NCBI GenBank assembly: GCA_951406725.2
Contig: OX597821.1
Span: forward strand, 61,876,001-61,940,000
Reading direction: 5' to 3'
DNA: 64,000 nt
Source of the DNA: Octopus vulgaris
Lineage: Eukaryota
Below the pieces are notes generated by a model. That model did no database searches. It was given only the letters and a program-made list of their open reading frames with translations, and had not been told where the DNA came from. The position numbers and the translations under genes were made by a program. This document shows positions 14,300 through 28,696 of the stretch, one piece after another. Numbering within the stretch: position 1 is the first letter of the stretch; every line of letters starts with the position of its first letter.

Positions 14300-14460
14300 A
14301 ATATAGTAAGAAATTTGCTTCAAAAACTGCATGACTCCTCCTTAGGTTCCACCTCGGAACCTTGGGCAAGTGTCTTTTGCTATAGCCCATGTGCGACAAG
14401 TTCTTGTGAGTGGATGGTAGACGGAAACTGAATGGAGCCAGTCGTTTTATGTATATATAT
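14300..14460 (+). mobile_element. SINE family A, 5' part, followed by a DNA transposon in its (TA)n
   Basis: CCTTGGGCAAGTGTCTT...GTGAGTGGA..GTAGACGGAAACTGAA. Confidence 0.75.
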
Positions 14461-14469
14461 ATATATATA

Positions 14470-15464
<995 letters not shown>

Positions 15465-15530
15465 ACCTCGTGTGTACCGTTGGCGATTTTTCCCCCTGTC
15501 TTCCCTTCTCGGGATCTTTCGTTCTCCTAT

Positions 15531-15565
15531 GTTTCCGACGAAGAGCTCCGCTCGAAACGTTAAAC
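15531..15565 (+). ncRNA. Minimal type I hammerhead ribozyme, core variant CCGACGA
   Basis: GTTT | CCGACGA | A GAGC-TCC-GCTC | GAAA | CG | TT | AAAC. Helix I is GTTT/AAAC, helix II is GAGC/GCTC, and helix III is the palindrome ACGT. It lies in a ~200-bp repeat (15463-15665) between (TG)n and (TA)n. Confidence 0.75.
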
Positions 15566-15660
15566 CCTCCTTCTTTCCTTCTTTCCTGAGCGTCCAATAA
15601 TACTATATTTGTTCCACGTCCTCGCGTTGTTGTGTTTTTTGTGCTTTCTTGTTTGGATTA

Positions 15661-15733
<73 letters not shown>

Positions 15734-15799
15734 GGGTGTGCGCGTGTGCGCACGTGTATTTATTCTTTTCGTGTATCTATGTGAGTGTCTTTATGCTCA

Positions 15800-15985
15800 T
15801 CTCCTAAAAATGCTTCAGATTCGGTATTGGTTTGTCTCCGTAACTTAGAGGTCCGGGAAAAATACCGACAGAAAAGTGCCAGGCTTAATGGAAAGCCTTT
15901 ATTACAGTCGATTTCTTCCATTAAGCCCTTCGACACGATACCCCAGCATGGTTACAGTGAAATAATGGAAAGAGTTAAAAGATAA
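15800..15985 (+). mobile_element. SINE family A, diverged 3' part
   Basis: CCGTAACTTAG...CCAGGCTT...CCAGCATGG...AAAAGATAAAA matches 12095-12245. Confidence 0.65.
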
Positions 15986-16994
15986 AACATAAACCAGCTA
16001 ATAACTAAATCCCACTCGAAGGCTGGAAACATTGACTTGTTTGTTGACTGACAGTCACTAATAGAGCAGGCCTATAGCCAGCGAGAAAAAGAAATGGACG
16101 GGCAACTAACTATGGTGAAATGTAAATTTTCTTTTGCAACAATGACAGATAAAACGGTGCATAATAACTACAGACATGGATCCTGTTAATGAGATGCATG
16201 TTGGTATTGAAAAATACAAACGATGCTATGTTATAAACCAAAATATACTGTGAATGCATACGTCTAAAAAACATCTGATTATAGTACGAAACAAAGACAT
16301 TACATTAAGCAATTTTACGAGCACAAATTTCATGTATTAGGAAATCGAAAAAGATTTTGGTTGATGTTGTGTACAAAGTTGTACCATTTTATCATAGAAA
16401 ACATAATTAACTATACACAGTGATGAAAAAAGTGAGCAATACAATGCAATATTCTTTTTGCTGTATTTATCCTGGAAATTGTTTCCTAAAAGATGCGAAG
16501 TTATTGTTTAGTTTTATTCCTAAATTTAGAATTTCATTATCATTTTCCATTAAGTTTTTCCCTTCCAACGTAATATCTTACATTTCCTTGCTCGAGGAAA
16601 ACGTTTACCATCCTGATCATGCTCACTACATACGCATGCGATATTCAGGGAACAATATATTCGTTTTCACGAAAATCAATTGAAGCAAATATTTATTGAT
16701 AACCTAGATACTGGATATAGAAGAGGCAAAGAGATGGACATGGCAAAGTGCATTATGTTAGCGGAAATTAGATTCACAATGTAATATTGACGACAAACAG
16801 AATCATACACAGATTACAGATGCCTTTTGAATAAGTCTGTGTCATGTACCTGTTCGAAGATAGTCACAAAATCACATGTGCATACGTACTTGCATATGTG
16901 TGTATGTATGTGTTTCATTTGTATTTACGAAAATGAATAAATGTGTATGTTTGATATACATAAATATGAGTGGCGTATATCTATGTATGTACAC

Positions 16995-17040
<46 letters not shown>

Positions 17041-17282
17041 CATATAGATACATAAATAAATAATACATATAAACATATATAAAAATGTGTATAAAAATAT
17101 ATCTATAAGTATATACACATACACACACTCACGCACACACACGCGCACGCACACACACACACACATACGTATATATATATATATATATATATATCCATAC
17201 ACATGAGTAGGCTCACACACAAACACATATATACATAGGTGTATATATATATAAAGTCATATATTCTCACTATACATGTATG

Positions 17283-17321
<39 letters not shown>

Positions 17322-17526
17322 CGTTTTGTATTACCATTTGGTGACTTGAATCAACATTACTCAATTTCTCTTCGGCATGAAAGCATGTCTGGTTCTTCAG
17401 AATGGTACAAATTCTTCAACGTTACAATAACAAGGTGTCGGAATGACGATTGAATCTGACTGAAAAATCCATAAAGAAGTTCGTTTCGCGAACGACATGA
17501 AACTGGGTATCCTTACATGTTCTTTT

Positions 17527-17865
17527 GGTACTTTTTGGTTATCTCCCCACCCATTAAAAAATTGGGTTACCCCCCCCCCCTTTATGAGAAATATCGGTAC
17601 TTTTGGTTATTTTTCTCACCTAAAATAATTGTTTAGCCTTCAATAAAAGAAAAACAAAAAAGAAAAATTAATAAACATGAAAATTGAAAACATGAAACAT
17701 CGTATTGAATCTCATAATGTTTTTATAACAATTCATATAAAACTGAAGCATTGAATCAAAAGGATCTAACTCTTTTAATCCAATCTCTTGAAGCCACATA
17801 AACTCAATTCTTTAGTGGGGAGATAACCCAATTTTTTTCATGGGGTGAGACAATCCAAAAGTACC
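17527..17865. mobile_element. MITE with ~50-bp imperfect TIRs and 8-bp TSD (Merlin-like)
   Basis: Left end GGTACTTTTTGGTTATCTCCCCACCCATTAAAAAATTGGGTTA. Right end TAACCCAATTTTTTTCATGGGGTGAGACAATCCAAAAGTACC. GTTCTTTT flanks both ends (17519-17526 and 17866-17873). Confidence 0.8.
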
Positions 17866-19257
17866 GTTCTTTTAGTTATCGATACTGAGCAACCAACTGA
17901 TAACAGCTGCATTGTTTTGCATTGGAATAATACAGAGCCCACAATGGTATTAATAGAGAAAGTATCGATGAGACGCATGCTCATTTTTAGCAGTACTAAT
18001 AACCCTATATACTACTAAATACTGCAACACACTAATCTACATATAACCTATTAATCTAAAATATTAACTATATACAGTATAGTATTAACTATACATTCGG
18101 GGACAATGCAAACTATAATCAACGCAGAAGCAGAGAATCATATTTTATCGCAAACTCTAAACCACTTTTGAATGCTTCCACCATCGATGACAATATTACA
18201 AGGATCTCAGAATAATACCCACGCAAATATTAAAAACGATAGATATATTAAGAGCAATCACTACCCCTGGATTTATTTACAACAGTTCCTACCACTACTG
18301 CTACAACCATAACAGATCACTTTTAGGTCATTTGACCATTGAAGATTACACGAACAGTCTCTACTACTGGGTCATACCCTTCCCGTTTTCCTTTCTTTTC
18401 TTCTCCATCCTCTTGTTTTTTTCTTCCTCTACTTACTCTTCTTCTTCTTCTTCTTCTTCTTCTTCTTCTCTTTCTTCTTTGGCTGCTGCTACTTAAACAG
18501 CAAAACGTCAGAACCAACATTCCTTTGTGCCCATAAACACTATTTCTTTCAGATCTGCTACAATCTACCGAGCCTTCACAAAGGAAAAAAGAGAGAGAGA
18601 CAGAAAAAAGGAAAATGTCCTACCTATTTGAAGTCTCTGGAAATATTTGTCAGTCTAAGTTTTTCCTGCTTGAATCTTAGCTGAAAAAGTAAAAAAAGAC
18701 TGAAACCGGTACAAAATGGATTTCACGATAAAATTATTTAGCTTTTTCGGATCGAGTTAATCACAAGTCTTGGATCTAATTGTAGTATAATTTGGCAGAG
18801 TGTTCCATAGATATATGTGGCTTAATGTAATTCTGGAACGGAATCAGTGTGACACATAGTGGACATAGCCATAGTTTCAACTGAGTGTTTTTAAACTATT
18901 AAGAAATATACACCATTCGCTGAATAAATTGTGGAATATCTTACCTTACACTATGCGCTAACATTTTTGAAATGAAGGACACATTAAATAATGGTGTTCT
19001 ACATCTTCAATAAAAATACAGAATAGCTTATTCTAGCCTCACTCGGGTTTGAACTCAAAGACATTCGTTGCAACGAATATAAACAAAAACGCTTCACGAA
19101 ATATATGTAAAATATTTATGAAAAATATACGAAAAATATGTAAAATATTAAGAGAGTTGACGAAAAGTATCCACAATAAAATTCTAATCTGTAAATATAA
19201 AATTAAAACGTCACGTGGGTGAAGAATCAACACAAGAATAAGATACATATAATTTTT

Positions 19258-19432
19258 TTTTATTCTCTTACTTGTTTCAGTCATCTGACTGTGCTTTTAG
19301 TCGAGCAAATCGACCCCAGGACTTATTCTTTGTAAGGCTAGTACTTATTTTATCGACCTCTTATGCCGAACCGCTAAGTTACTGGGAAGTAAACATACCA
19401 GCATCGGTTGTCAAGCGATGTTGGTGGGACAA

Positions 19433-19475
<43 letters not shown>

Positions 19476-19635
19476 CGATGAACTTCTTTCAATTTGCAAC
19501 TATCAAGTCCCCTCACAAGAGTTAGGTCAGTCCGAGGCTATAGTAGAAGACGCTACCAAGGTGCCACGCAATGGGACGGAATCTAGAACCATGTGCTTGG
19601 TAAGCAAGCTACTTACCACAACCATTCCTGCGTCT
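19258..19635 (-). mobile_element. SINE family A, near full length
   Basis: Reverse complement of the 11799-12245 copy along its length. Confidence 0.9.
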
Positions 19636-21343
19636 ATACATATGTATGTATGTATGTATGTAGTATGTATGTGTGTGTTTATGTGTGTGTCTGTGTAAGC
19701 ATATTTACTGAAGGAATTATATGTTTGTCTCTCCTTACCTCTTTCATTTGTATGTATATAGAGACTGTTCTCTCCCGACAGCTGAATGCAAAATCTCTTT
19801 GTTTTCCCGTTATATTTCTCTCAATCCTCTCCGTTGAATCTTTGTTTCTTATACATTTCCTTATTCAAATCTCGCGGGCGCTGTCCACTCCTTTTGACTT
19901 CCAATCTCTATTTCAGCTTTCTGCTCATGTTTCCTTGTCTCTCTCCCTCTGGTTATCAGTTAAAAGGCAACAATTTTAACAGGAATCTTGTTTACTATTA
20001 TTTTGCTAATTATTTTGTTTTGTGCCTTAGGAAATAAAAAATTGTGGGAAAGAGAAATGTGGGTGCAACTTCTAGTCCACACGTGACCCTGCGTAGGCTC
20101 ACCATCTACAATCACTTTCCAAGCAAAAAAAGAAGGGTCATAACATATACTTATTTTAATCTTGGTAACACACAGCTGGCTCATAAAGAGGATTTATTTA
20201 TACACTCATAGATTGGATTTATACACTCATATAGAGGATTTATTTATACACTACGACTCCCAAAATTTTTGCTTCAGAATGCGTTTAGAATGAGTAGGCA
20301 AATATTCAAACAAGATCATACTGTGGAGATTACGAACAACGATCTTTTATCGGTTGGCTCATATAAGCACCAATGAGCTGAAAGCATAAACAAAGCCCTC
20401 AGTTTGTGGGATTTTAATACGCTGTTGTTTAAAATGGAGAAGTTATTCTCTTAAGACATACAGTACAGCGTCCAGCATAATTTGTGTCCGAACCAGCCTG
20501 GAGATATCAAGGATAAATATGCAAATGTTCTTTCATCATCATCTCACTGTAAACCGTGCAAGCCGTATTTTTTAAAATATAATCATTCAAGCAAATTGAT
20601 TTTAGTAGACCTCTTAGGTTCACAGGCATTGCTGTTGTATTTTAAAATTCTAGCTGGCTTATGTGGTAATCTCAACAGGAATACACCTTACCTGTATGCA
20701 GTAAACGCTTTCCAGGCCCACAGAAATAAAGCTGGTGATGATCAAGATAATTAATGTGTGTTTTAAATTTCAGTCATGCCATTCAATAAAATATTTCATT
20801 TAAGCATGTGACGTTGTAGTGTTTACTCTGATAGCTTAAATATAGCGAAGTGGTGTTATCAGTCCCTCATGACACAGGCGTTGAAATATGTGCATAAATA
20901 TGAACCAATCGCAAGCTAATAATATAAAGAATAAATACTGTATAAGTATACGGAGACTCATTCTCCGATTTAGTGATCAAAAGTATGGAAATGACTATAA
21001 TATTCAGAAACTATGCACTGTATTTGTATATGTATTTATATTGTATTTCTCTCCTGGTTATTCATTCTGACTTTTAGTATATTCTCTAGGCAGAATAAAT
21101 TCAGCATAAAAATCTAATTTTTTATTTCGGAAAAAATTCAACAAAATACTATATTTTCAAATAATATTTATTCATTAATACTAGTATATTGAGCAGTGAC
21201 GTCGTTCTTTGTTTGCGTGATTCTTTTCGCTCCTAATATTAAACCTACAATGGGTACATAAGACAAAAATCACTTGTATGATACCAGCTATACAGCTTTT
21301 CGGAAAGCATCGTTGTTGCATCTTAGTGCAACGCACACACACA

Positions 21344-21452
<109 letters not shown>

Positions 21453-22180
21453 CATCTGGTTAGGATATAAGTATGAGTGCAGCAAGTCCATCCAAATAAT
21501 GTTATTCGTAACAGACGCGATAAAATCTCTGGATGGCGATTGCATACCAAAAAACTGCGCAATCATACAAACGCATATAGACACAAAAGTGCACGAAGGT
21601 AGATAGCGACGTACACACGCATGTACAGCTGTGTAATTGCATACAAGCACAAAAACACACACACACGCACACACACATGCACACATACACACACACATTC
21701 ACACATAAACGTATATAGAGAGTTAGATAGAAAGTTATATTGTTTTAAGCATATAGATGTATAATTCATTTATGTATGGTTAGCTATATATATATATATT
21801 TGTGTGTATGTGTGTGTGAGTTTGTGTGTTTGTGTTTGAGCGTGTGCGTGTGTGCGTGTGTGTGTGTGGGTGTGAGTGTGAGTGTATGTATGTGTGTTTG
21901 CCATCTTGTGTACTGTAGTCTTGTGCAAACCAAGTTGGGACTAATCTTCACAATCCGGTAAACCGAGTTGCCCGTAACCGATAACCAGAGGGAAAGATCT
22001 TGAATGTGATATTCAAAGTAAGGTTCTGTAAATATTTTGAGCTGCAAAGGAAAGAAAAATGCATCCCACCATTAAACTCAGTAATAGGTACACGAGTGCT
22101 ATTTCCTTCACTTTCTTCGCGATTAGATGATTGTAAATACGCGCGTGCATACACGCAGACACACACTGACAAACACACAC

Positions 22181-22435
<255 letters not shown>

Positions 22436-23259
22436 GTATATTTTTTATTGCAATTGCACCTAAATATGAAAACCTTGTGATTATTTAAAAATAAATTTAT
22501 TGATATATATCCCGTGGTAGTTTCAATAATATTTTTTTGTTTATCAATGGTAAAAATTTTGGATTATGAATTAGAAAAACACGTTTAAAAGTTTCAAAGC
22601 GGACAAGTTTAAATCTTCATATAAAAACTGGTAATCAACTTGTTGAAATGTACGAAATTCAATAGAGTTAGTAGCAGTCGACAAGAAATGAATATCATCA
22701 AAGCTTTAGTCATACTGAGTTAAGTGCATTTAAAACAAGGGTGAAATGAAAAGAGTAAAAGAAGGGATTTGGCTTACAGTTTCTGTGATTCTCTTTCCGT
22801 TGTTCGCAGGGTCTTTCGCTTGCAACGGTGTTTTTTAGAATCCCGTGTATTTGCAATTCTTTTCGGCGAGCGTATCTTATTTTCGATTTGTTAAATTTGT
22901 ATTATGTATAAGTCTATGTGAATCATTAATATAATTACTAACATAAATGGGTACTATATGGTTAAAATACATGCTGGAAAACAATTGGACCAAACTGCTC
23001 TGATCCTCCCTTCTAAACACATATAATACGTATGTACATATGAGTATGTTTGAGCGGAAATATATATGTATATATATTTGTGTGAATATATGTGTGAATA
23101 TATGTGTGAATATATATGTGTGTTCCTCATATGTATGCAGTTTCGTTCTTACATAACTGAAATAACTTTAAGATATATTGATTTTATGAATTACAATATT
23201 ACTCTTCTTATAACTGAGATCTGTTTATATTTTATCTAATATGAATAATATAATGCCTC

Positions 23260-23324
<65 letters not shown>

Positions 23325-23502
23325 GTAATAATAATAATTGATTATCGTGTATCCTTATAAATGCAAATATGTATGTACATTTATGTGAGGGTATATGTAT
23401 TTATGTATATTTATATATGTATGCATATGTTTATGTATAAGTATGTAAACGTGTGTGTTTTTATTTATATTTATATTTATAACTTAACCTTATGTACTTT
23501 CT

Positions 23503-23636
23503 AAAAAATCTTTGACGAAGACTAGAGAAACACCCAAGTACCTCATTTTCCTCTACTAATTACTTCAGTCTACTGGAGGAATAAAGATAGCATGAGGTAT
23601 TTTTGCCTCTTGGCTGAAACACTTGTAAGGTATTTT
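23503..23636 (+). ncRNA. Type I hammerhead motif with ~95-nt helix II extension, core variant TTGACGA
   Basis: AAAAAATCT | TTGACGA (23512-18) | AGACTAGAG..AAGTACCTCAT...ATGAGGTATTT..CTCTTGGCT | GAAA (23616-19) | CACTTG | TA | AGGTATTTT. Confidence 0.55.
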
Positions 23637-23845
23637 CCCAATTTATATTCCTGTATGTTACATTTAAATAATTACTGATATCTTTATATATTTTATTTGT
23701 AAAGCATAATATGTTATACATGTATGTATATTCTTGTAATTGTCATTTTAGTAAATAAATAAATTTACATAGTATAATGTCTAAAAGTTGCTGAACTATC
23801 TATTAATCCCCTCCATTTTCTTATTGCTTTTTTTTTCTCTCTCTC

Positions 23846-23891
<46 letters not shown>

Positions 23892-24437
23892 TATACATAC
23901 ATATATATGTATATATATATTTTTATATATAAAATACACATGTGTGTATTTGCTTTTCACACGAAAACGGCTGCGCGAATTAGTTCCATACATGGAATGC
24001 ATGAATAATTTGATATCCGACACATGATTGGGTCTTCAGATTAATTGTTTATTAAAAAAGAATGATATTGCTTTATATATATATGGTTCAATTGTTTATA
24101 AAGGTTGTTCAATGTCAACCTTCTGATCTGACGTAGCAATGGCGAAATTTTTCTTTTTTGTTTTGCGAAGTCTCTCACTGTCAATTTTAATGTTTTCATT
24201 CTAAGTTTAATTTGCTATTTGCAAACAACTACGACAAATTACTGAAAGAAATATTTATTATGCAATTGAGTTTTTTTTTAAATTGAAGTTTTCAAGAAAA
24301 TTCACTTTCTGAACTTCCTTTTTTTATTGAATATTTCAAATTCACAAATTTGAATTTTCAGTACAAGATAGTTTTTAACGAGCTTTTATTTATACGTTTT
24401 TTTTCATTTCATGTTTATGTCATTTATTGTTTGCAAT

Positions 24438-24504
<67 letters not shown>

Positions 24505-24647
24505 TTATCTCTCGCTCTCCTTTCTCTCTGTCTCTTACACACACACATACAAACACACACTGTCTCTATGTATTTGTAGTTAGTCACACACGCACACATG
24601 TGATTTTGTATGTACGTTTGTATACATTTGTGTATGTATGTCTATTT

Positions 24648-24680
<33 letters not shown>

Positions 24681-25229
24681 TGAGGGAAGGAGTGTGTTGT
24701 CATGTATGTGTACATACACATGGATGCATCTTTTTTGTATGCGTGCGCGAGAGAGATAGATAGATAGAGAGAGTGGTGTAAGTGGTACTCACTTAATCCC
24801 TTCCACTCTCTATCCCCCATACGCACATGCACACATACATACAAAAAATATGTATGCATATTTATGTATGTACGTTTACATGACAACACAAGACTTCTCT
24901 CACTCACTCTCTCACTCTCTCTCTCATACACACACACATGTCCATTTCACACATACGTACGTACATCTTTCCCTTTCCCCTTCCTTTCACTTTGAAACAC
25001 ATGAAACAATTTTTGTTACGGAAATTAACGAGCAAAAGTGGTTATTTTCTTTTTGGCATTTGTGCGGGTTCAACCCAAAGAATACCAAAATATGCGACTG
25101 GAAACAATTTTTTGCTTCAACAGCATGACGGCAGACAGTATCACAAAATATTATCTAAATTGGGAATCAAATGTGAAAATATTATCAAGTGGTTAGCAGA
25201 AAACCGACCGGCGGCGCGTCTTTCAGCAA

Positions 25230-25262
<33 letters not shown>

Positions 25263-25340
25263 AATATATATATATGTATATATTTGCTGAATATATATTT
25301 ACATACATATATACGTATATATATATATGTATGTATGTAT

Positions 25341-25388
<48 letters not shown>

Positions 25389-25392
<4 letters not shown>

Positions 25393-25937
25393 CTCGTATC
25401 CGAACATTGGTTCGCCAGTTTCTATCCAGTCTCCTCGTTAGATGTTTGTGCCGAATGTGACTTCCTTTAGAGTCCAAGTCGGTGTTGAAAGAATCGTTGG
25501 TAGAATTCGCTCAGGATGCTCGGTGCGGGTCGAGTATGTTGAAGACACAACTTTCATCTGCGTTTTAATTCCACATTCTGTTTTGTTTTGTGCTCAAAAG
25601 AGCTGGCTCCATTGCGGATGGGAGTCGTCCAGGCTGTCCTATCCCTGGCAATATGTTTCTACGAGGATGGCAGCATGTTAGTTTGAACCAGCGTTCGATT
25701 GAACTGGTCCTTAAAACGTAATTTCGGGCCTCCACTGCATTTTGTTTAGATTGCAAGTTCTCCGTAGAGTATGATATTCGGGAGACGACAGGACTCCATA
25801 CACTGGACGTGACCTGCCCACCGGAGACGATGGCTTCGACGCTTGATAGTGAGGCACGGCGAAGAACATCGTTTTTGATAATGTGAACTTCCCATCGAAT
25901 ATTGAGGATATGTCGTAGCATGGATTGCTGGAGTAAA
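25389..25937 (-). mobile_element. RTE-clade LINE, 5'-truncated 3' fragment
   Basis: LRHILNIRWEVHIIKNDVLRRASLSSVEAI and RLRWAGHVQCMESCRLPNIILYGEL are typical of the post-RT region of RTE elements. Frameshifted. Confidence 0.88.
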
Positions 25938-26984
25938 CAATGTATGTATATTGATGTAGACTCTTCTATTTGTGCATATATATCTGGTTGAGTGGGGACC
26001 TCTATGCTTCCGTTTGTGTATGAGAGTGTATGCGACTTGGCGTTGTTAATGACATTTTACCTGAATATATATTTCGATATCTAATGCTAAGATCAAGTTT
26101 CACCAAATTCAGTTTTATTTTTCATTTACTATTATATAAAAATGCCTAAACCTACATCCTTAATAGCACTACATGTGAGTGTGTAAACGCTCTCCACCGC
26201 CATATATATATGTATTCAGTTACGAACACGCATGTTCCTGAGTGCAACCACACACCTATACGTACATAAGGGATTTCTTATATGCAAGATGAGGAAGATA
26301 TTTTCTAAACATTTTAAACTATTTACATTATGCATTCAATCAAGAAGATTCGAGATGAATTTTATATATACATAATTATGCGTTTATGTATGTGTCATTG
26401 TTAATATCAGTAAATATATGCTTCTTACCTAGTCATAAGTGTATACTTATGTCGATGTAAATATGTTATCTTTTGAATATATCTTGAATATATTTGATTA
26501 TATGAAATTTATAAGCTTAATTCTCTTGCGAGACAGAGACAAATTTATAGTGAGAAATATATCAACATTTAAGTGGTTTGGTAAGTGTAAGGATAAACGT
26601 AATTTGTATTTCTATAACACTTTCGTCCGTGAGTGTATCTGTGTGTAATGTGCGCCTGTGTAGCATGCTCTACTTAAACAGGTACTCAGAATAACAGCTT
26701 TGAATTATAAACACACATTTAAACACACGTACAAAACTTCATTTGTACATAATACCAAGGCGAACCGACACACGCTGAAGTAAATAAAACGTCTTAGATT
26801 ATGTGCAAAGGAAGAAAATATACACCGATCTCTCAATATAACAGCTAGAAATTAAGTAAGCGGCTAATTAATAAATACTCTCTCTATAGTATGATCCTTT
26901 TAAATTGCCACGTCCCATAACGAATCAGAATACTTTCTCTCGACTACTGGAATCATTAAAAATTCATGCAAATTATTAACATGT

Positions 26985-27232
26985 TGGTTTCAAATTTTGA
27001 CACAAGGCCTGTGTCAAAATTTGAAACCAACAAATTTGTCTGGGTTCGGAGGTAAGTCGATTAAGTCCCCTACAGTGTCCAACTGGTGCTTATTATATCG
27101 ATCGCAAAATGATAAAAGACAGAATAGACGTCGGAAGAATTTCAACTAATAAGATAAAGAAGGACGAGTTGCCGCTAAGCATTTTTCCAAAACACTAAGC
27201 ATTTTGTTCGGATTCTGGCAGTTCACCGCCTA
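26985..27232 (-). mobile_element. SINE family B, diverged
   Basis: GTCGATTA..CAACTGGTGCTTATTATATCGA..GACGTCGGAAGAATTTCAACT..GCCGCTAAGCATTT. Confidence 0.75.
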
Positions 27233-27624
27233 ACAAAATTATAAAGATATTGCGAAAAACAAGAATCAGTAGCTCGTTAAAAGGATATGATTGATGATTT
27301 ACCTCTATAAATAACGTATTTTCCTACAATTTCATTGCTATGTTTCTACATTCAAACAGCAGCTGCATATACATTATTTACATTATCTATATTATTTACG
27401 TCCAGGAATGCGAGCTGATTGCCTTTTTCCTTTTCCATTGTGAACTATATGGATGGCCTTATTGAGTTCACATGAACTAACAGCACTTGAACATCTCCCT
27501 GGTGGGGCCAGAGTATAAAGGTGTCATCAACATATTGTAGCCATAGTGTTGGTTTTAGTGGTGTGGATACTAAAGTCAAATTCTCTAAGTATTCCATGTA
27601 TATATTGTCTATAACCGGTGATAA

Positions 27625-28375
27625 TGGCCATCCATACAGTTCACAATGAAAACGGAAAAAGACAATCAGCTGGCATTTCTAGACGTATTAATAACACGCA
27701 CTAAGTATGGATTCAGGACATCCGTATACCGCAAGCCGACGTTTACTGGACGATACCTCAACTTCAATTCCCACCTTCCACGCAGTGTAAAAAGAGGGGT
27801 TGCTCAGTGCCGAAAATATAGTGCAAAGAATATAAGTAGTGATCGTGATACACACCACGAAGAAATGATCAAGCTCAATAACGATTGGTTAAGCAATAAC
27901 TACCCTAAAAGTATACTATCCACTCCAATTACTATCCACAGTCTGTCTACCTTATGTGAAAAGCCTCTCTGAAAAGATACAAAAGATACGCGGCCCATAT
28001 GACATCAGAACAGAATTCAAGAGTGATACAACACTTTGCGAATATCTCCTTCGAGTGAGATCACCAATAGAAGAGAATATGACAAAATACTGCGTGTACT
28101 CCATCTCATGCAGCTGTGGTAGGTTATAAAAAGGCGAAACATGCCGCACCCTCAAAATAAGTGTAGACGAACATCGCAAAGCTGTGACACGAGGAAATAT
28201 TGATAAATCGGGTGTAGCTGATCATGTGTGGAAATATGGAGACCACCTCCCCCTGTGGGATGAAGTTAAAATAACAGAGAACACCACTGGAAAATACGAA
28301 AACTAGAAGCAGCACATATGCTAGGACACAACAACCTCTCAAGCAGACCGAGTGCCTATATGAGCGGTATTAAGG
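27625..28375 (+). mobile_element. Penelope-like retroelement (Penelope/Poseidon-type), RT C-terminus plus GIY-YIG, decayed
   Basis: IQFTMKTEKDNQLAFLDVLI...TSVYRKPTFTGRYLNFNSHLP (PLE RT thumb). Downstream CVYSISCSCGRL*KGETCRTLKISVDEHRK...KSGVADHVWKYGDHLPLWDEVK (GIY-YIG). Confidence 0.92.
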
Positions 28376-28431
28376 AAGGATAGAAAAACATTAGATTTAT
28401 AAGCCCTAAAATTCACTCCATAATCGCCCAT

Positions 28432-28505
28432 GGGTATATGGCGTAGGGGTTAAGAGCGCCGGCGACTAAGCCCCAAATTCCGAGTTAGATTCCAAGCAGT
28501 GACCT
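28432..28505 (+). mobile_element. tRNA-like (pol III A/B box) segment inside the PLE 3' region
   Basis: TGGCGTAGGGGTTAAGAGCG (A box/D-arm like) and GAGTTAGATTCC (B-box like), followed by (CAA)n(TAA)n. Confidence 0.6.
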
Positions 28506-28527
28506 GAACAACAACAACAACAACAAC

Positions 28528-28586
<59 letters not shown>

Positions 28587-28650
28587 CAATAATAGCAACA
28601 ACATCGCAAAATACCTTAGGAATGAGAACCCAGGTTCGAAATTTCGTCAA

Positions 28651-28696
28651 GACACCTGAGGAAGGCTGGAAGGTATATCAACCGAAACGTTGTGTT
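28651..28696 (+). ncRNA. Minimal type I hammerhead ribozyme in PLE pseudo-LTR
   Basis: GACAC | CTGAGGA | A GGCTG-GAAGGTATAT-CAACC | GAAA | CG | TT | GTGTT. Core intact, one mismatch in helix II, helix III palindrome ACGT. Confidence 0.8.

Noticed and set aside
20180-20252. CRISPR-like short direct repeats (GATTTATTTATACACTCATA)
   Set aside because: About three adjacent imperfect copies with no unique spacers and no cas genes, in a eukaryotic context. A local tandem duplication.
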